In this document: in pieces, positions 42,060-54,200 of the stretch
Numbering within the stretch: position 1 is the stretch's first letter
How the letters are laid out: each line of letters begins with the position of its first letter
Source: Trichinella spiralis
Lineage: Eukaryota
Assembly: GCF_000181795.1 (NCBI RefSeq)
Contig: NW_003526943.1
Span: forward strand, 5,387,806 to 5,451,805
Direction of reading: 5' to 3'
DNA: 64,000 nt
The notes under the pieces: model-generated
What the model saw: only the letters and a program-made list of their open reading frames with translations
Told to the model about the DNA's origin: nothing
Databases searched by the model: none
Made by a program: the position numbers and the translations under genes

Positions 42060-43509
42060 ATGGCTCTTCTTTTACGTCCCTCTCATTTGAATTCCTCAAA
42101 CTGGGTTTGCATCCTATATGCCATTTTTGATATTGGCTTCAGTGCTACAGGTACATGAGGTTTTTATTTGTTTTTATTCCATTCGTGCGATTTTTTATGT
42201 TTATCATAACAATAAATTTTATTATATTATTGTGAAAATTTTAATTTTTTCATGCCAAGAATGTTTGCTGCTGTGAATGTGTTCATGATCGAAGAGACAT
42301 TTCATTTTGGGCAGTTGAATTATTTTTAATTGAGTATGTAATTAAGTTGAACTGTTTCAATAATTTGTATTTTAATTAAATTAATTAATTTTGTTACGAA
42401 TAAAACAAAAAGAAATATTCATTTGAGTTTATTTGTTTTATTTTTTTCTATTTTAATTGCATGAGTCATGATGAATTTGATAATAATTTTTATCAAAAAT
42501 TTCCCTCTTATTTTCATATAATCTGAATGAATTTTTTGTTATTTTGTATGAAATTAATTTTATTGCATTGTTTTTGTCATGTTTTTTAATTGTTTAAAAC
42601 AACTTTCGTATTACTTTCGTGAAATTCATTTCCATTAAGCGTGAAAAGTTTGAATTGAATGCATCAGCTTGTTTTTCAAGTAATACAGTTTGTAGTGGAT
42701 AAATTTTTGATTAATAGCAATTGTTTCAAGAATGAATGTTATCGTTAAGAAATTTTGAATTTTCATTTTAAGTTGGCTATTTGTGCTATAAATTTTTCAA
42801 CGGTTTAATTCCAACCCGAGAACGGACATTCTACTGCGAAGATGCTTCAATTTCCAAACCGTTCATGGAAAATACGGTCAGCGTGAAAATGCTACTCTGC
42901 GTTAGCATCGGACTGCCGTTGATGTTGTGCTTGTTGCACGAGCTGGTGGCTTTTTCAAAGCTGGAAAATGCTAATCGCTTGCAGTGGAGGATGATCAGTT
43001 CCGAAGGGCTGAGGAAGGTGTGCATCAATTTTACCAGAATTGTTGTGAAATATTTGTTCGGCTTCCTGCTGACAATTGTACTGATGCTGGTGGGCAAGTC
43101 TTGGTTCGGTGTGCTGAGACCGCACTTTCTGGCCGTCTGCAAGCCGGACATCGATTGGCACCGGTGCGAGGGTGTGGCGTTGAGTTTGCAAAATTGCACC
43201 CAGACCAACGTGCACGCCCTGCTCAGCGCCCGTCACAGCTTCCCGTCCGGCCACGCCTCCGCGGCCATCTATTCGGTCACATTTTTGCTTTTCTATCTCC
43301 TGAGCTTGAGGACCAGAAAGTCGGTGAATTTGAATAATTTCGACCGCATCTCCTTGTCCCTGTACGCGCTGTGGTGCGTGTTCGTATGTGTCAGTCGAGT
43401 GACAGATTGCTGGCATCACGTCACCGACGTTGTTGGCGGCTCGGCGATGGGCTTTGCTGTCGCTTGGCTGATCTTCAACCGATATGAAATTTCAACATTC
43501 GTCAACTGA
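42060..43509 (+). CDS. Phospholipid phosphatase, PAP2/PLPP (wunen-like); exons 42060-42150 and 42773-43509
   Basis: Intact catalytic motifs C1 KSWFGVLRPHF, C2 SFPSGHAS and C3 SRVTDCWHHVTDV; FYCEDASISKP loop; multiple TM helices. Confidence 0.92.
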
Positions 43510-43761
43510 ATTTTCAAAAATCACTCTTCTATTCATTTTTTTGTTCATTGATTAAACAATCAAGCCTTGTGCTTCAAATTACTCTTTTTTTTTGCTCGTC
43601 TCATTTTCAGCTTCAACAAATAAAATCTACTTTCTGCTGCTTATTTCTTTTTGAATTCAACCTATCAGTTGGTATATACTTGGTGAAAATACTTCTTGCA
43701 GGAATTGAAATATTTTATTTAAAAAAATTTATTTTTATTTTTCAGTTTTTTAAAATAAATA

Positions 43762-44676
43762 ATGACTTCGGATAAAATTAAACAATTTTACAAATACGGC
43801 CGAAAAATTGTCGCAGTGGTCAGAAATTATAGGTCTGTTTGAAAGATTGGGAAAAAAGAAAAAAGGGAAAACATATTAAACTTTACATCTTTGATTCTGT
43901 AGAGAACATGCGAAGGAAATGGGACAAGGCATACCTGAAAAGCCGATATTCTTCATCAAACCGTCCACAGCTTATGTGACAGAAGGCTTGCCAATTTGTG
44001 TAGTGTTATTTTGAATAATAATAATATTCATGATCATATTTCCAGAGTTGTCGATTATCATCATTACAATCAACTAATTTTGTGAGCAATTTGTTCCAGA
44101 TTCCGAAATGGTGTCAAAAAATGCAACACGAAGTTGAACTGGGAGTGGTGATTGGAAAAACAGCGAAACAGATCACAAATGCAAATGCGATGGATTTCGT
44201 AGCCGGATATTGTTTGGCTTTGGATATGACAGCTCGAGATTTGCAAGTAAAGCACGTTCATGAAATTGAATTAATTCTAAATTACAAGATTTAGCAACGT
44301 TTTATTTGATTTATTGTTATTGTTGTTGCTGTAATAGGAGCATGCCAAAGCCAATGGTCAACCTTGGTTCATATCCAAAGGTTTCGATACCAGCTGTCCG
44401 GTGTCGAAATTTATTGATAAGATGCAAATTGAAAATCCATCTTCAATTGAATTGCTATGCTCAGTGAATGGACAGGTAAAGCAGCGGGGAAATACCAAGC
44501 AAATGATATTCACAATTCCACAACTGCTGGCCGCAGTCACTGAAGACGTCACAATGGAAGAGGGAGATCTGCTGCTAACTGGAACCCCATCCGGAGTGTC
44601 CACCGTAAAAAGAGGTGATGTGATTGAATGCACTTTGGGAAATGAAATTCTGCGCATGAAATTTGAAATTGCTTAA
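43762..44676 (+). CDS. FAHD1: FAHD1 acylpyruvase/oxaloacetate decarboxylase (FAH superfamily)
   Basis: GRKIVAVVRNY, PIFFIKPSTAY, HEVELGVVIG, GYCLALDMTARDLQ, PWFISKGFDTSCPVS, GDLLLTGTPSGV. Confidence 0.93.
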
Positions 44677-45292
44677 TCGTGTTCTCCTTGCAAATAAATA
44701 CAGTAATACCTGGCTTAACGGTCATGATGCATTCCTGAAACAGCATTAAACGGAATCGTGATAACGTGCGTTTTTAGTTTAAGTACATCGATTTTAATGT
44801 CAGAAGTCAGAATAAATATAATAAAATTTATTTGAAATATTTATAAAAAATGATTACATAGTTTATCATAATTATGGCTGTGATGAATGACCGCCCTTTG
44901 GTACCTCAAGCCTAGGTTTCTTGGTGCTGAAAGTGTCAAGAGTTCATTGTCTTTTCGTAAGTTTTCTCTGACGAAGAATTTCTCCACAGCGAAAAATCAT
45001 TTCAACAATACCCCCTTCCTTGCCTTGGAGCTCCTCCATTAATCTAAGTTGTGTATATATATATATATACATCAGGCATATTTACATTGAAGTAAAACAA
45101 AAATACTTTGCATAAACTATAAATATGAAATTATAAAGAAACTTTTCATAACACAAATAAAAATAAACAACAAATGAAATATTTATTTGAAAAAGACAGA
45201 AATCTGCATTAGAAATAACTTGTATACTTTTTAATTCATTAATCAACTGATTGATTGATTGATTGATTTATCACTAGGCCCAATCGATGTTT

Positions 45293-46787
45293 TCATTGCT
45301 GCTGTCCTTGAGGTGGCCAATAGCTAAAAAAATTGTGCACAAAAAAATTGCAGAAAAAGAAAAATATTAACAAATCAGTGCTTATACTTAGGCTGCCACT
45401 GCTGAGGGTACACAGCCGGTGTTGGATTGGGGCCAGGTTGACCGTGTGGTGGCATATAACTTGTGTAATACTGATTCCAAAAGTTGGGATTTGCTGGAGC
45501 TGAATGGGACGCTACGGGTGGATTTGAAAAACTATTAAAATTATAACCATATCCATAATTTGGTGCTGTGTTATTCGACGCCTAAACAAAATAAACAATC
45601 AACTAGTCAATAAGTGAATAAGTAGCACCGAATGCCATCGGCAAAGTAAATTTTCTTCGTTTGTTCGAGAGCATCACTGAATTATTCTATTCATATGCAA
45701 AAATTTCATAACAAGTATAATTAATGAAATGAAATTGGAAAAACGATCGACTAATAATGGAATGATAATTTTCGAAATCAATAATTTCAACAGATTGTTA
45801 ACTTACCGCCAATCCTCCCTCTTTTCCCCAAGAACAACGAACACTCGATCCATTGATTTCAGTTCCAGTAATATTTAAAATAGCATGGGCGGCCGATTCT
45901 TTGTTGTCAAAGCGAACAAATGCATACCCTTGCTGTTTAAAAACACGCACTTCTAAAATCGAACCAAATCTGGCAAAAATGCGGCGCAAGTCATCATCTA
46001 CAATATAAATAAATATATATGTGGTATATTAGAGAAATATAAATAAATATATTGTCAATCATCATACGCGTACCTGTAGTATTAGCGGCTACACTACCAA
46101 CGTAAACAGTTGTGTTCTGCGGACTGGACTGTGCCATGACATCGTCAAAAGTTAACTGTCCTAAATTTTGGGCTGGATCAATATGGATTGTGCAAATGAG
46201 TAAATTTAAATAAATCAAATTCTACCCGGCAATCCAGGTTTACGTGTTGCCCAATTTGTGCGAATCGTACGTCGGCCAAGCCATTGACCATTCATTTGTT
46301 CAATAGCACGTTCTGCATCCTAGAATGGACAACAAAAAAATATATATAGATATATACAAAAATACGGAAAAGAGAGAACAATAATTCGCTTACATCGTGC
46401 GATACGTATGAAACAAAGCCATAACCTTTCGATTTCAACGTCTGCAAATCTCGAATCACTTTTACATCACTAGAAATGAACAAAAGTGAATCAGCACGAA
46501 CAATCTGATGCAGTGGTGGTCGCTTACGAAATTTCTCCATAAGGAGCAAATGCTTCTCTGAGCATTTTATTGTCAATTTCAGGACTCAAATCGCCGACAA
46601 ATACATGAAAATGTTCTAAATTGCAATATAGAAAAAAATTAATTCAAAAAGAAAAAATTAAACTAATCATAATAATCAGAACAATTGAATAAGCAAATAA
46701 CTTACTGCTCGTGTCGACTTTAGCCTGCGTTCCCGGTGACGTGGCCCAGTTGACGCGCATTTCCTTGAAAAGAACAATCAGAATACA

Positions 46788-46820
<33 letters not shown>

Positions 46821-49800
46821 TACAGATGTATACAAGTAAAAAATACTTTTTACATCTAAAAAACAACACAACAACAACAATATTAACTGCCCACCGTGGG
46901 AGAATATTTATTCTACAGCAGCAATTGCTATTTTTGAGGAAAAAGTGAGATTGTCAAAAAAAAAAAGCAAAAATATTGTCCTTGATTACAGTAGTAGCAG
47001 TAGAGAGAAATATACCTGCAACTTCAACGGTGACAACACTGCCTTGGTGTTTGGTAGAAGAAATATGGGCAAACCCTCGTAAACTGCCGAATAATTATTC
47101 GTCATCGTCAGAGGCGAAGCGTCCGAAGAGACGGCAACGCCGCTACTACTGTTCAAAGAAGACTGAGCGAAAACGGTGGTGGAATGTTGCTGTTGAACGG
47201 CAGATGTATGCAAATGAGGCACGGGCAAAACGATCATATTTTTGTCAACAATGAAAGAAAATAAAAAGAACAAAAAAATAAAGAAAATAAAAAATTGCAA
47301 CAACAACAACAAGCAGCTGCTGACTTTTTTTTCCTTCACTGTAGTAAGGAAGGAAGGAAGCAAAACTTTTCAACAATACACTTGTGCTGTTGAAAAGAAG
47401 AGTAGCAACAAAAAAAAACAACAAAAGATATGCAAATTAAGAACAAATGAAAACAAACAAACAAATAAAAATCGAGAAAAGAGAACAAAAAAAAGCTATA
47501 GCAAGAATAATACAAAAGTATATTACAGTAAGAAGCTGCTGTTGTCGATGTAACGAGACGAGAGAATTGAGAGATAAACAACAACACAGACACAGATTCG
47601 ATTTGATTAAATTGCGAACTGCTGTGCTTTTTGCATGTGCTTTGCGCAGTAGCTTTTCTCCTGCAGCTCTGATCTCTATCTCACTCCTTCTACGTAAGCA
47701 GTACGCTTTGTCAATACAGCTGCCGACCACCGAGCCGACTGATTCGTTGACCCCCCCCCCCAAAAATTATTCAACTATACATATGCATATCCGTTATACA
47801 AATACAAATACAAATACACACACACACACACACACACGCACGCACGCGAGTACACGAAAGCTTAATATAAAAATTTTTTCTCAACATATCAAACACAAGT
47901 AATTTAAATTATTATTTCAAATCTACACCACTTTTCCTTTTCTATCACAACCGCATTGTTATCTTTACTCATCAATGTTTAAATACAAATCAAATCAAAA
48001 GAAAAAAGCAAAATTCATACAACGTATAATTTTCAAACAAACCTTACACGCATACAATTTTATGCAGAAATTTATTCACTGAAATTCATTTCAGAAAAAC
48101 CGCTTCGAGCAAAACAAATTTCTACCAGTCTTTTTTTACATTTCATAATAAATAAAAATTGAAACATAATGCAACATTAAAATATATCTTTTTTTGAAAA
48201 AAACATTCTCAGAATTGATACGAAAAAGTAAAAAAAAAGAATACTGTATTTTTCTGTTAATTTAAATATGCACTATTGTTTATTTCTTCAAATGTTAAAC
48301 ATGTGAAAATTAAAATGACGAATTGCCAGTTCAATTCACCATGAAACTTCCTTTTGCCATTCTCTCTCTCTCTCTTTTTCTCTACATCTGTCACCATGTA
48401 TTATTCGTAGAACGACAAACGCAACTGTGTTTGTTCAGCTTTGAGCAGATAGAATTCTGTTGAGCGCACCACATGCAACAATTATGCGGTAGTATAGTAT
48501 TCATATGAAGATTAAATTTTCAAATATTCCTCAAATTTTACACTGACCTCAACTCTTTAATTTTGCATATCTCTTCTTCAAACTATTCACACCTATACCC
48601 CCTCCATATATACAAGCACAAACCAAAAATATTAAATATTTTCCACAACAAGAAATACTGAACTGAAAAATAATATTATTACATACATTTACTGAATGTT
48701 CTTCATTGTCAATGGATGGAATGAAAAATTTTTAATTTAAATTTTAAACTTTTCACAACGGTGGTTTGAAATTGTAACAATCACTTACTTTTCCCAATAA
48801 AAGACGCTTGTTCATCGCAGTCAACGCTTGGACGGCGGAAGCATGATCCACAAATTCAACAAAAGCGTACGGATCACTGGCAGTCTATATAAGATATGAA
48901 AAATTCAAAACCAAATAAACATGAACACCAAATAATGAAAAAGAATAAAAATTCATGAAAACTCAGTATAAAATATAATAAATACGACTGGACCTTATTG
49001 TCAATTTTTTGTCTGGTGCAAAAAATGGTTCCGATTGCAAATCACTGCAAAGAACAAAGCAAACTTATGCAAATATAGATACATATATATATATTTTTTT
49101 GTTTCATATGTTTCTCTTAAAACTTAAAGAGGGGCTCAAAATTGTACAAAACAGATATAATGAATGAAAGGGTACTTAATAGAATGTCGCAGAACAGACT
49201 AGGCGAGTCAGAAAGTCGTTTGCTGTGTTTTTCCAGCCTTCGGTAATACCCTAGACAAAATATTCAATGGAATGGATATTTTCACGATGAAAACATTAAA
49301 ATAAAATCACAAAGCTGACAACAAAAGTCTCTCCTACCAAGAGACAGTGCAAGTAAAAAAATACTTTATTATCTACTAAATAAAAATTCTAACACTAAGT
49401 ATATATATACATAAACATATATATACACAACATGAGTAAGCTTTCTTCAATGATAAGCTTTGCGTGAAACATTCCCAATTCTCTTCTTATGAAATAAAAA
49501 CAAAATGTAAACTCGAACATGACAGTACAGTATGCAACATTGGATGGAACATTTGTAAAAAGCAAGTAGAACAATTAATTACCTCGTGTATAATCTTACA
49601 TTTGCTGACGCCTCCAATATGACTAAACAAAGACAACAGAAATTCTTCTGAAATTGTTGCGTCTAAGTTTCCAACGTATCTGAAATGTAAGCATTATTCA
49701 AATGGAATAACCCCTATTTGTACACGTAATAAATAAAATAAAATTCACATTCTCTACCTCCTATGGGATTATGAATTGAAAAATTATAAATTATATCCTA

Positions 49801-51290
49801 TATTTAAATATGAATAAAATAAAAAAAATCGTATAAACCTTTATTTATACATCGTGTTACTCATACAATAATACACATTTATTATTGTTACTTATACAAA
49901 AGTCCTTATAATAAATATAGCCAAATTGAATGCTTGAGAACATGCTTAGTTAAAACTTACAATGTTCTTGGATTGAATTCATCTATACTTTCGCCAGTGT
50001 TGAAAAATTCTAAAACAATACGTAAATATTTGCTCAATTCATTCAAAAAAGCTTACCACCATAAGCGCCGCTGTAACCAGAAGGATAATTTCCCAAATAC
50101 TAAAAACAGAAAATGCATTTTTTTAAAAAATATATAAACAATGCACATAATCAATCATGAAAATAAACAAATTTATTAACTAACAAATAACTGAAATAAG
50201 TAAATAAAACTAAAATTTTCAAATGTTTGGAAATTTTGAAAAAGGCACTTGAAAAAGCTGAATTCTGCTGCAAGTGTCAACGGATTCGTTGATTTCCTGT
50301 TAATTTTAAAACTTATATTTTAAGAATTTAAAACTCTAGACATATTTTAAGAATTCAAAACTGTCAAACAATGATAACAGATGCACATTTAATAAAATAA
50401 TTTATTCCAATTAACGAATTTCAAATCACTCCTAACTGCAATTCATACAAACTAAATCAACCCAAATCTTCATGAAATTCGCCAATAAGAAAATTTTTTA
50501 AATTAGTTACTAAATTGTAAAAAACTATTCAAAATAATAATAAAAATACATCGCAGCTACGTAATTAAAACAAACATTCTTCGAATAATAACTGTTTTTC
50601 TCATGCATTTCCTATAACTGACAAAGTTTAAAGTAACCTTGATTTGAATGTTTAATAAAGTTTACAGCTTTCAACTTCATTAGTCAATAAGTTTTTCGTT
50701 AAATTTGAAATTCTTTCAATTGTCACGATTTCAAAAATCAAATATCATTTATATAAATAAAAAAAAACAAAATAACTGAAAATGAAAGCTTCAAATTAAC
50801 CAAAACAATTTCTGTCATCAGAGCTGAGAAAGAAGGAAAACCACATTTTAACCTCAAACACATTAAAAAACAAAATCAGTTCAATGTTTATGTCAAAAAC
50901 AACGCATTTTATAAATACATTTTTTATCAGAAAAAATTGACACTGTTTTCCGTTAAAAATATTTAAATAAAAGTTAACCTAATTATACTATGTGACGGTT
51001 ATACTACAAAATAAACTACTATTGATCGAGTAAACAATGACATATTGATGTAAAAGCTGATGCATCGCATCGCAATTTTAACACATCTAAATTTTAAATT
51101 CAATAAAGTACAAAAATAGAAGAAATACAAAATGCATTGACAACTGTCAATGAAATAACAAATATTAAATGAATTCGTAAATGAACGTTATAGCATAAAG
51201 CAATACATCAAGCTGGAAAAAGATAGGTAAATAAATTAAAATAAATATATCATATGAATTAAAAATGTAGTAACAATTACTTACAGACAT
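45293..51290 (-). CDS. tiar-1: TIA-1/TIAR three-RRM RNA-binding protein with Q/P-rich tail
   Basis: MS|YLGNY...[89 protein letters not shown] and tail [21 protein letters not shown]. The 6-nt first coding exon is inferred. Confidence 0.93.
46787..46822. repeat. (TACA)n/(TA)n microsatellite in a TIAR intron
   Basis: atacatacatacatacatacatacatatatata directly visible. Confidence 0.85.
47796..47848. repeat. (ATACAA)n followed by (CA)n microsatellite
   Basis: atacaaatacaaatacaaatacacacacacacacacacacacgcacgcacgc directly visible. Confidence 0.85.
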
Positions 51291-54200
51291 TGCGATACAG
51301 ATAAAAATGTCACAGATTCCAAGACTTCGACAAAAGCAGCATTGACTGCTATTTACAATAGACAGAGAAGAAATAAGTGATAGGCAAGTACAATTTTAGA
51401 AATAAAGAAATCAGAAAGAATTCAAATAATTTTTGATATATTTTGGAAAATAAAAATTACTATTGCTTAATACACATTTTATAGAAAAAAGTCTTAGATC
51501 TACATTTATTTATGAATACTGATTAATATTAATTTATGAATTGACCCAGTTATTGTTATTGGAAGCTTATAAATAGTTGCTAGGAATGAACGGCTGCTTT
51601 TGATTCCACTTTTTGATTGGTTTATTTCCTATTCGATGGTAACGCCTACTTTTCTATATTGCCCTGGCTTAAACATTACGCCATCTAGCGTTTGCTCATG
51701 CGTGAGTATATTAATTTAATTTTACGCTGATTGAAGTATAATATAAAAATATAAATAAAATGCAAAACAGTTTTCTAATCTGTATGAATAAAACAGTTGA
51801 AATAAAAAAATGTTGATCGAAATATAATGGATGAACATTTTATTTTCATTATACACAATGTATTGAAACTATACTGTCATCTGTTATTGTAAAACAGCTT
51901 ATTTCTGAAATCTGTTTCGTTATTTATTCAAGACAAACAGGCAGTTCAGCAAAATAAAACAACCACATCATGCTTTTTATTCTATTCTTAATACCGTAGC
52001 ATTGCTTCATGTGTCCAAGAAGCGAATCCCAGATGTTGAGATCATGATAAAAGCATTTCATAGAATAGCTAGTAAAATCAGTCAGTTACATTCATGCTAA
52101 TATTTAATTAGCACTACATATAATACTCCAAAGTTTGTTTGATTTTTTAAATAATGTCTGTTTCAGTGCCCATCATACCAAAAAATATTACTGAAATGAA
52201 TACAATGTAAAGTGATTTACAACACAATTGCGTTCAGCGTTTTGTTTATATGCACCTTCATTGCTATCAAGGCATAGAAATTGCTTAGCTTGTTTTTGAA
52301 ACACATATCTAAAACTGGTTTTCAGAAACAAAGTTAATTCAAGTAAATTCTCAATTTAACGAAAAAGCATTGAAAACTATGATAATGGTGAAAAATCCAG
52401 ATAAAAATAATCTTCTTTTTATTTATAATTATAATTAGAGCGGGCCCATATTTTTCAAAAAAAGGAATTAAATTTATGAAGGCTAAAGCAGTTTTGATTT
52501 GTAAGAAATTCACCACTATGTCATTATCATTTGCAAACTGGATCTAAAATTTCTTTTTCAATCTAATTCAAAAATTTCCTGCTGTTTCTTGGGTTTCCAT
52601 TAATAACTGTTCATATTAAAAGCATAATGGGTAATTCAGTTCCATAATGATCAATACTGTTTCAGTGAATATGCAAATTTTAAATGCTTAAAATGCAAAC
52701 ATAGTTAAACATAATAGTAAAAGAATAAATAAGAATGAGCAAATTGTGCGCTTTGGAAAAGCAGCCATACTGAAAGCTGGAATAAAATCATTCCATTCTG
52801 AATTCGTTATCCGTCTCTAAAAGAAACGTCACAGCCAGCAAGGTTTTTAAAGTTTTCCATTAAGAATTTGCTTCGCAAACAAATAGATTTGGCTTATTGA
52901 TTTGAGGCACCAAAAAAACAATTATGAGCTGCCACCATAAATAATGACAGCCTTCTTTGTCAAAAGTTATGATTCACAATACATTTATTGCAATGCTTTT
53001 CAACAGATCATTCGCCTACTGAATCCAAAAGCTCTCTTGACTTCCAAAGAAGTTTTCGATTCAGATGGATATTTATTGCACAGACACCTCGAATACTGAA
53101 CATGTACAAAAAAATTACTACAGCTTTTTCGAGTGATCCTATTCCACTTCAGATTCTTGCTCTGGTATAAATTTACCATCTTTACTGCAAAGCCTCTATA
53201 ATTTAAAGGAAAATGATGCTAACATTATCGCAGAAATAACAGTTTTCATTGAGTTCAACGCTGAAATTTGAAACTTTATGTTAATAATTGGTCAGTGTGC
53301 ATAAGATATAAAATCTAAAACTTATTCCAACAAAAAAATTTAACTGTTTATCTTTACTGTCTCAAAAGTGACAGACGTTTCGTTCACTATTAACTATCAT
53401 TAATGTAACACGGATTTCAATTTAAAGTGTTGATTCTAAATCGTCAAAATTTCTTAAAGCAACGTATAAATAACTATACCATCACAAATATTTCATGTTG
53501 GGGGAATTAGCATTTCGGTGAACATCACAGTTAACAACATTACGAAGTTGAAGAATTTCAGCAAGTCGTACTAATGTAACACAAATAATAAGGCACAGCT
53601 GCCAACTAACTGTGCATATTTATATTAATCATTTGATCTTAACTAGATTGAACACAAAGCAAGTACGCTGCGCTAAATAAAGTCATATTTGTTGTCACGT
53701 AATGTTTTGTGTGTGTTAGTTTTTCATTTGTAATTTATAAATTGAGAAGGGGATAAAATACCTGCAGTAAATTACTTCAACATATAAGCACAAACAAACA
53801 ACATAAAAATATTTAATGATAAAAAAGCAGTTTCTTCTTCTTAACAAAAATACTATTATTCTTTGTATTACATATTATCAAATGGATTTAAAATGCATAA
53901 GAAACATGTTTAAAACATGTTTAAATGAAATTTCTAAGAAAAACAAAAGTTGTTCATAAAACACCTCAGAACATTCATGAAAAACTAAAATAATTTTGAC
54001 CAGTGAAAAGAAAAAAGAATTTAACCAATAAAATAAGAAAATTTTCAAATGGGCTATTTTTAGGCAATCAATGAAAGTCGATAATGAGAGAGGAAAAGCA
54101 GGCAGAATCAAATCTAGGCTTCCGTGAACAACGAACTTCAACGAACCGTTACACAGGCATAAAAGCGGGATGACGAAGATAAAATAATTTTAAAGTTGAG

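Noticed and set aside
42468..42526. ATGATGA...CTGA in the PAP2 intron, and a search for intronic snoRNAs in NOP56
   Set aside because: Short, low-complexity AT sequence with no guide; NOP56 introns show no convincing C/D boxes.
42831..43419. Antisense and alternative-frame ORFs over the PAP2 exon
   Set aside because: Shadow ORFs of a GC-rich exon.
44880..44971. Possible box C/D snoRNA (GTGATGA...CTGA...CTGA)
   Set aside because: No terminal stem and no rRNA-complementary guide that I could recognise; such boxes occur by chance.
47242..47902. K/N-rich plus-strand ORFs in the TIAR intron
   Set aside because: Translations of A-rich low-complexity and microsatellite sequence.
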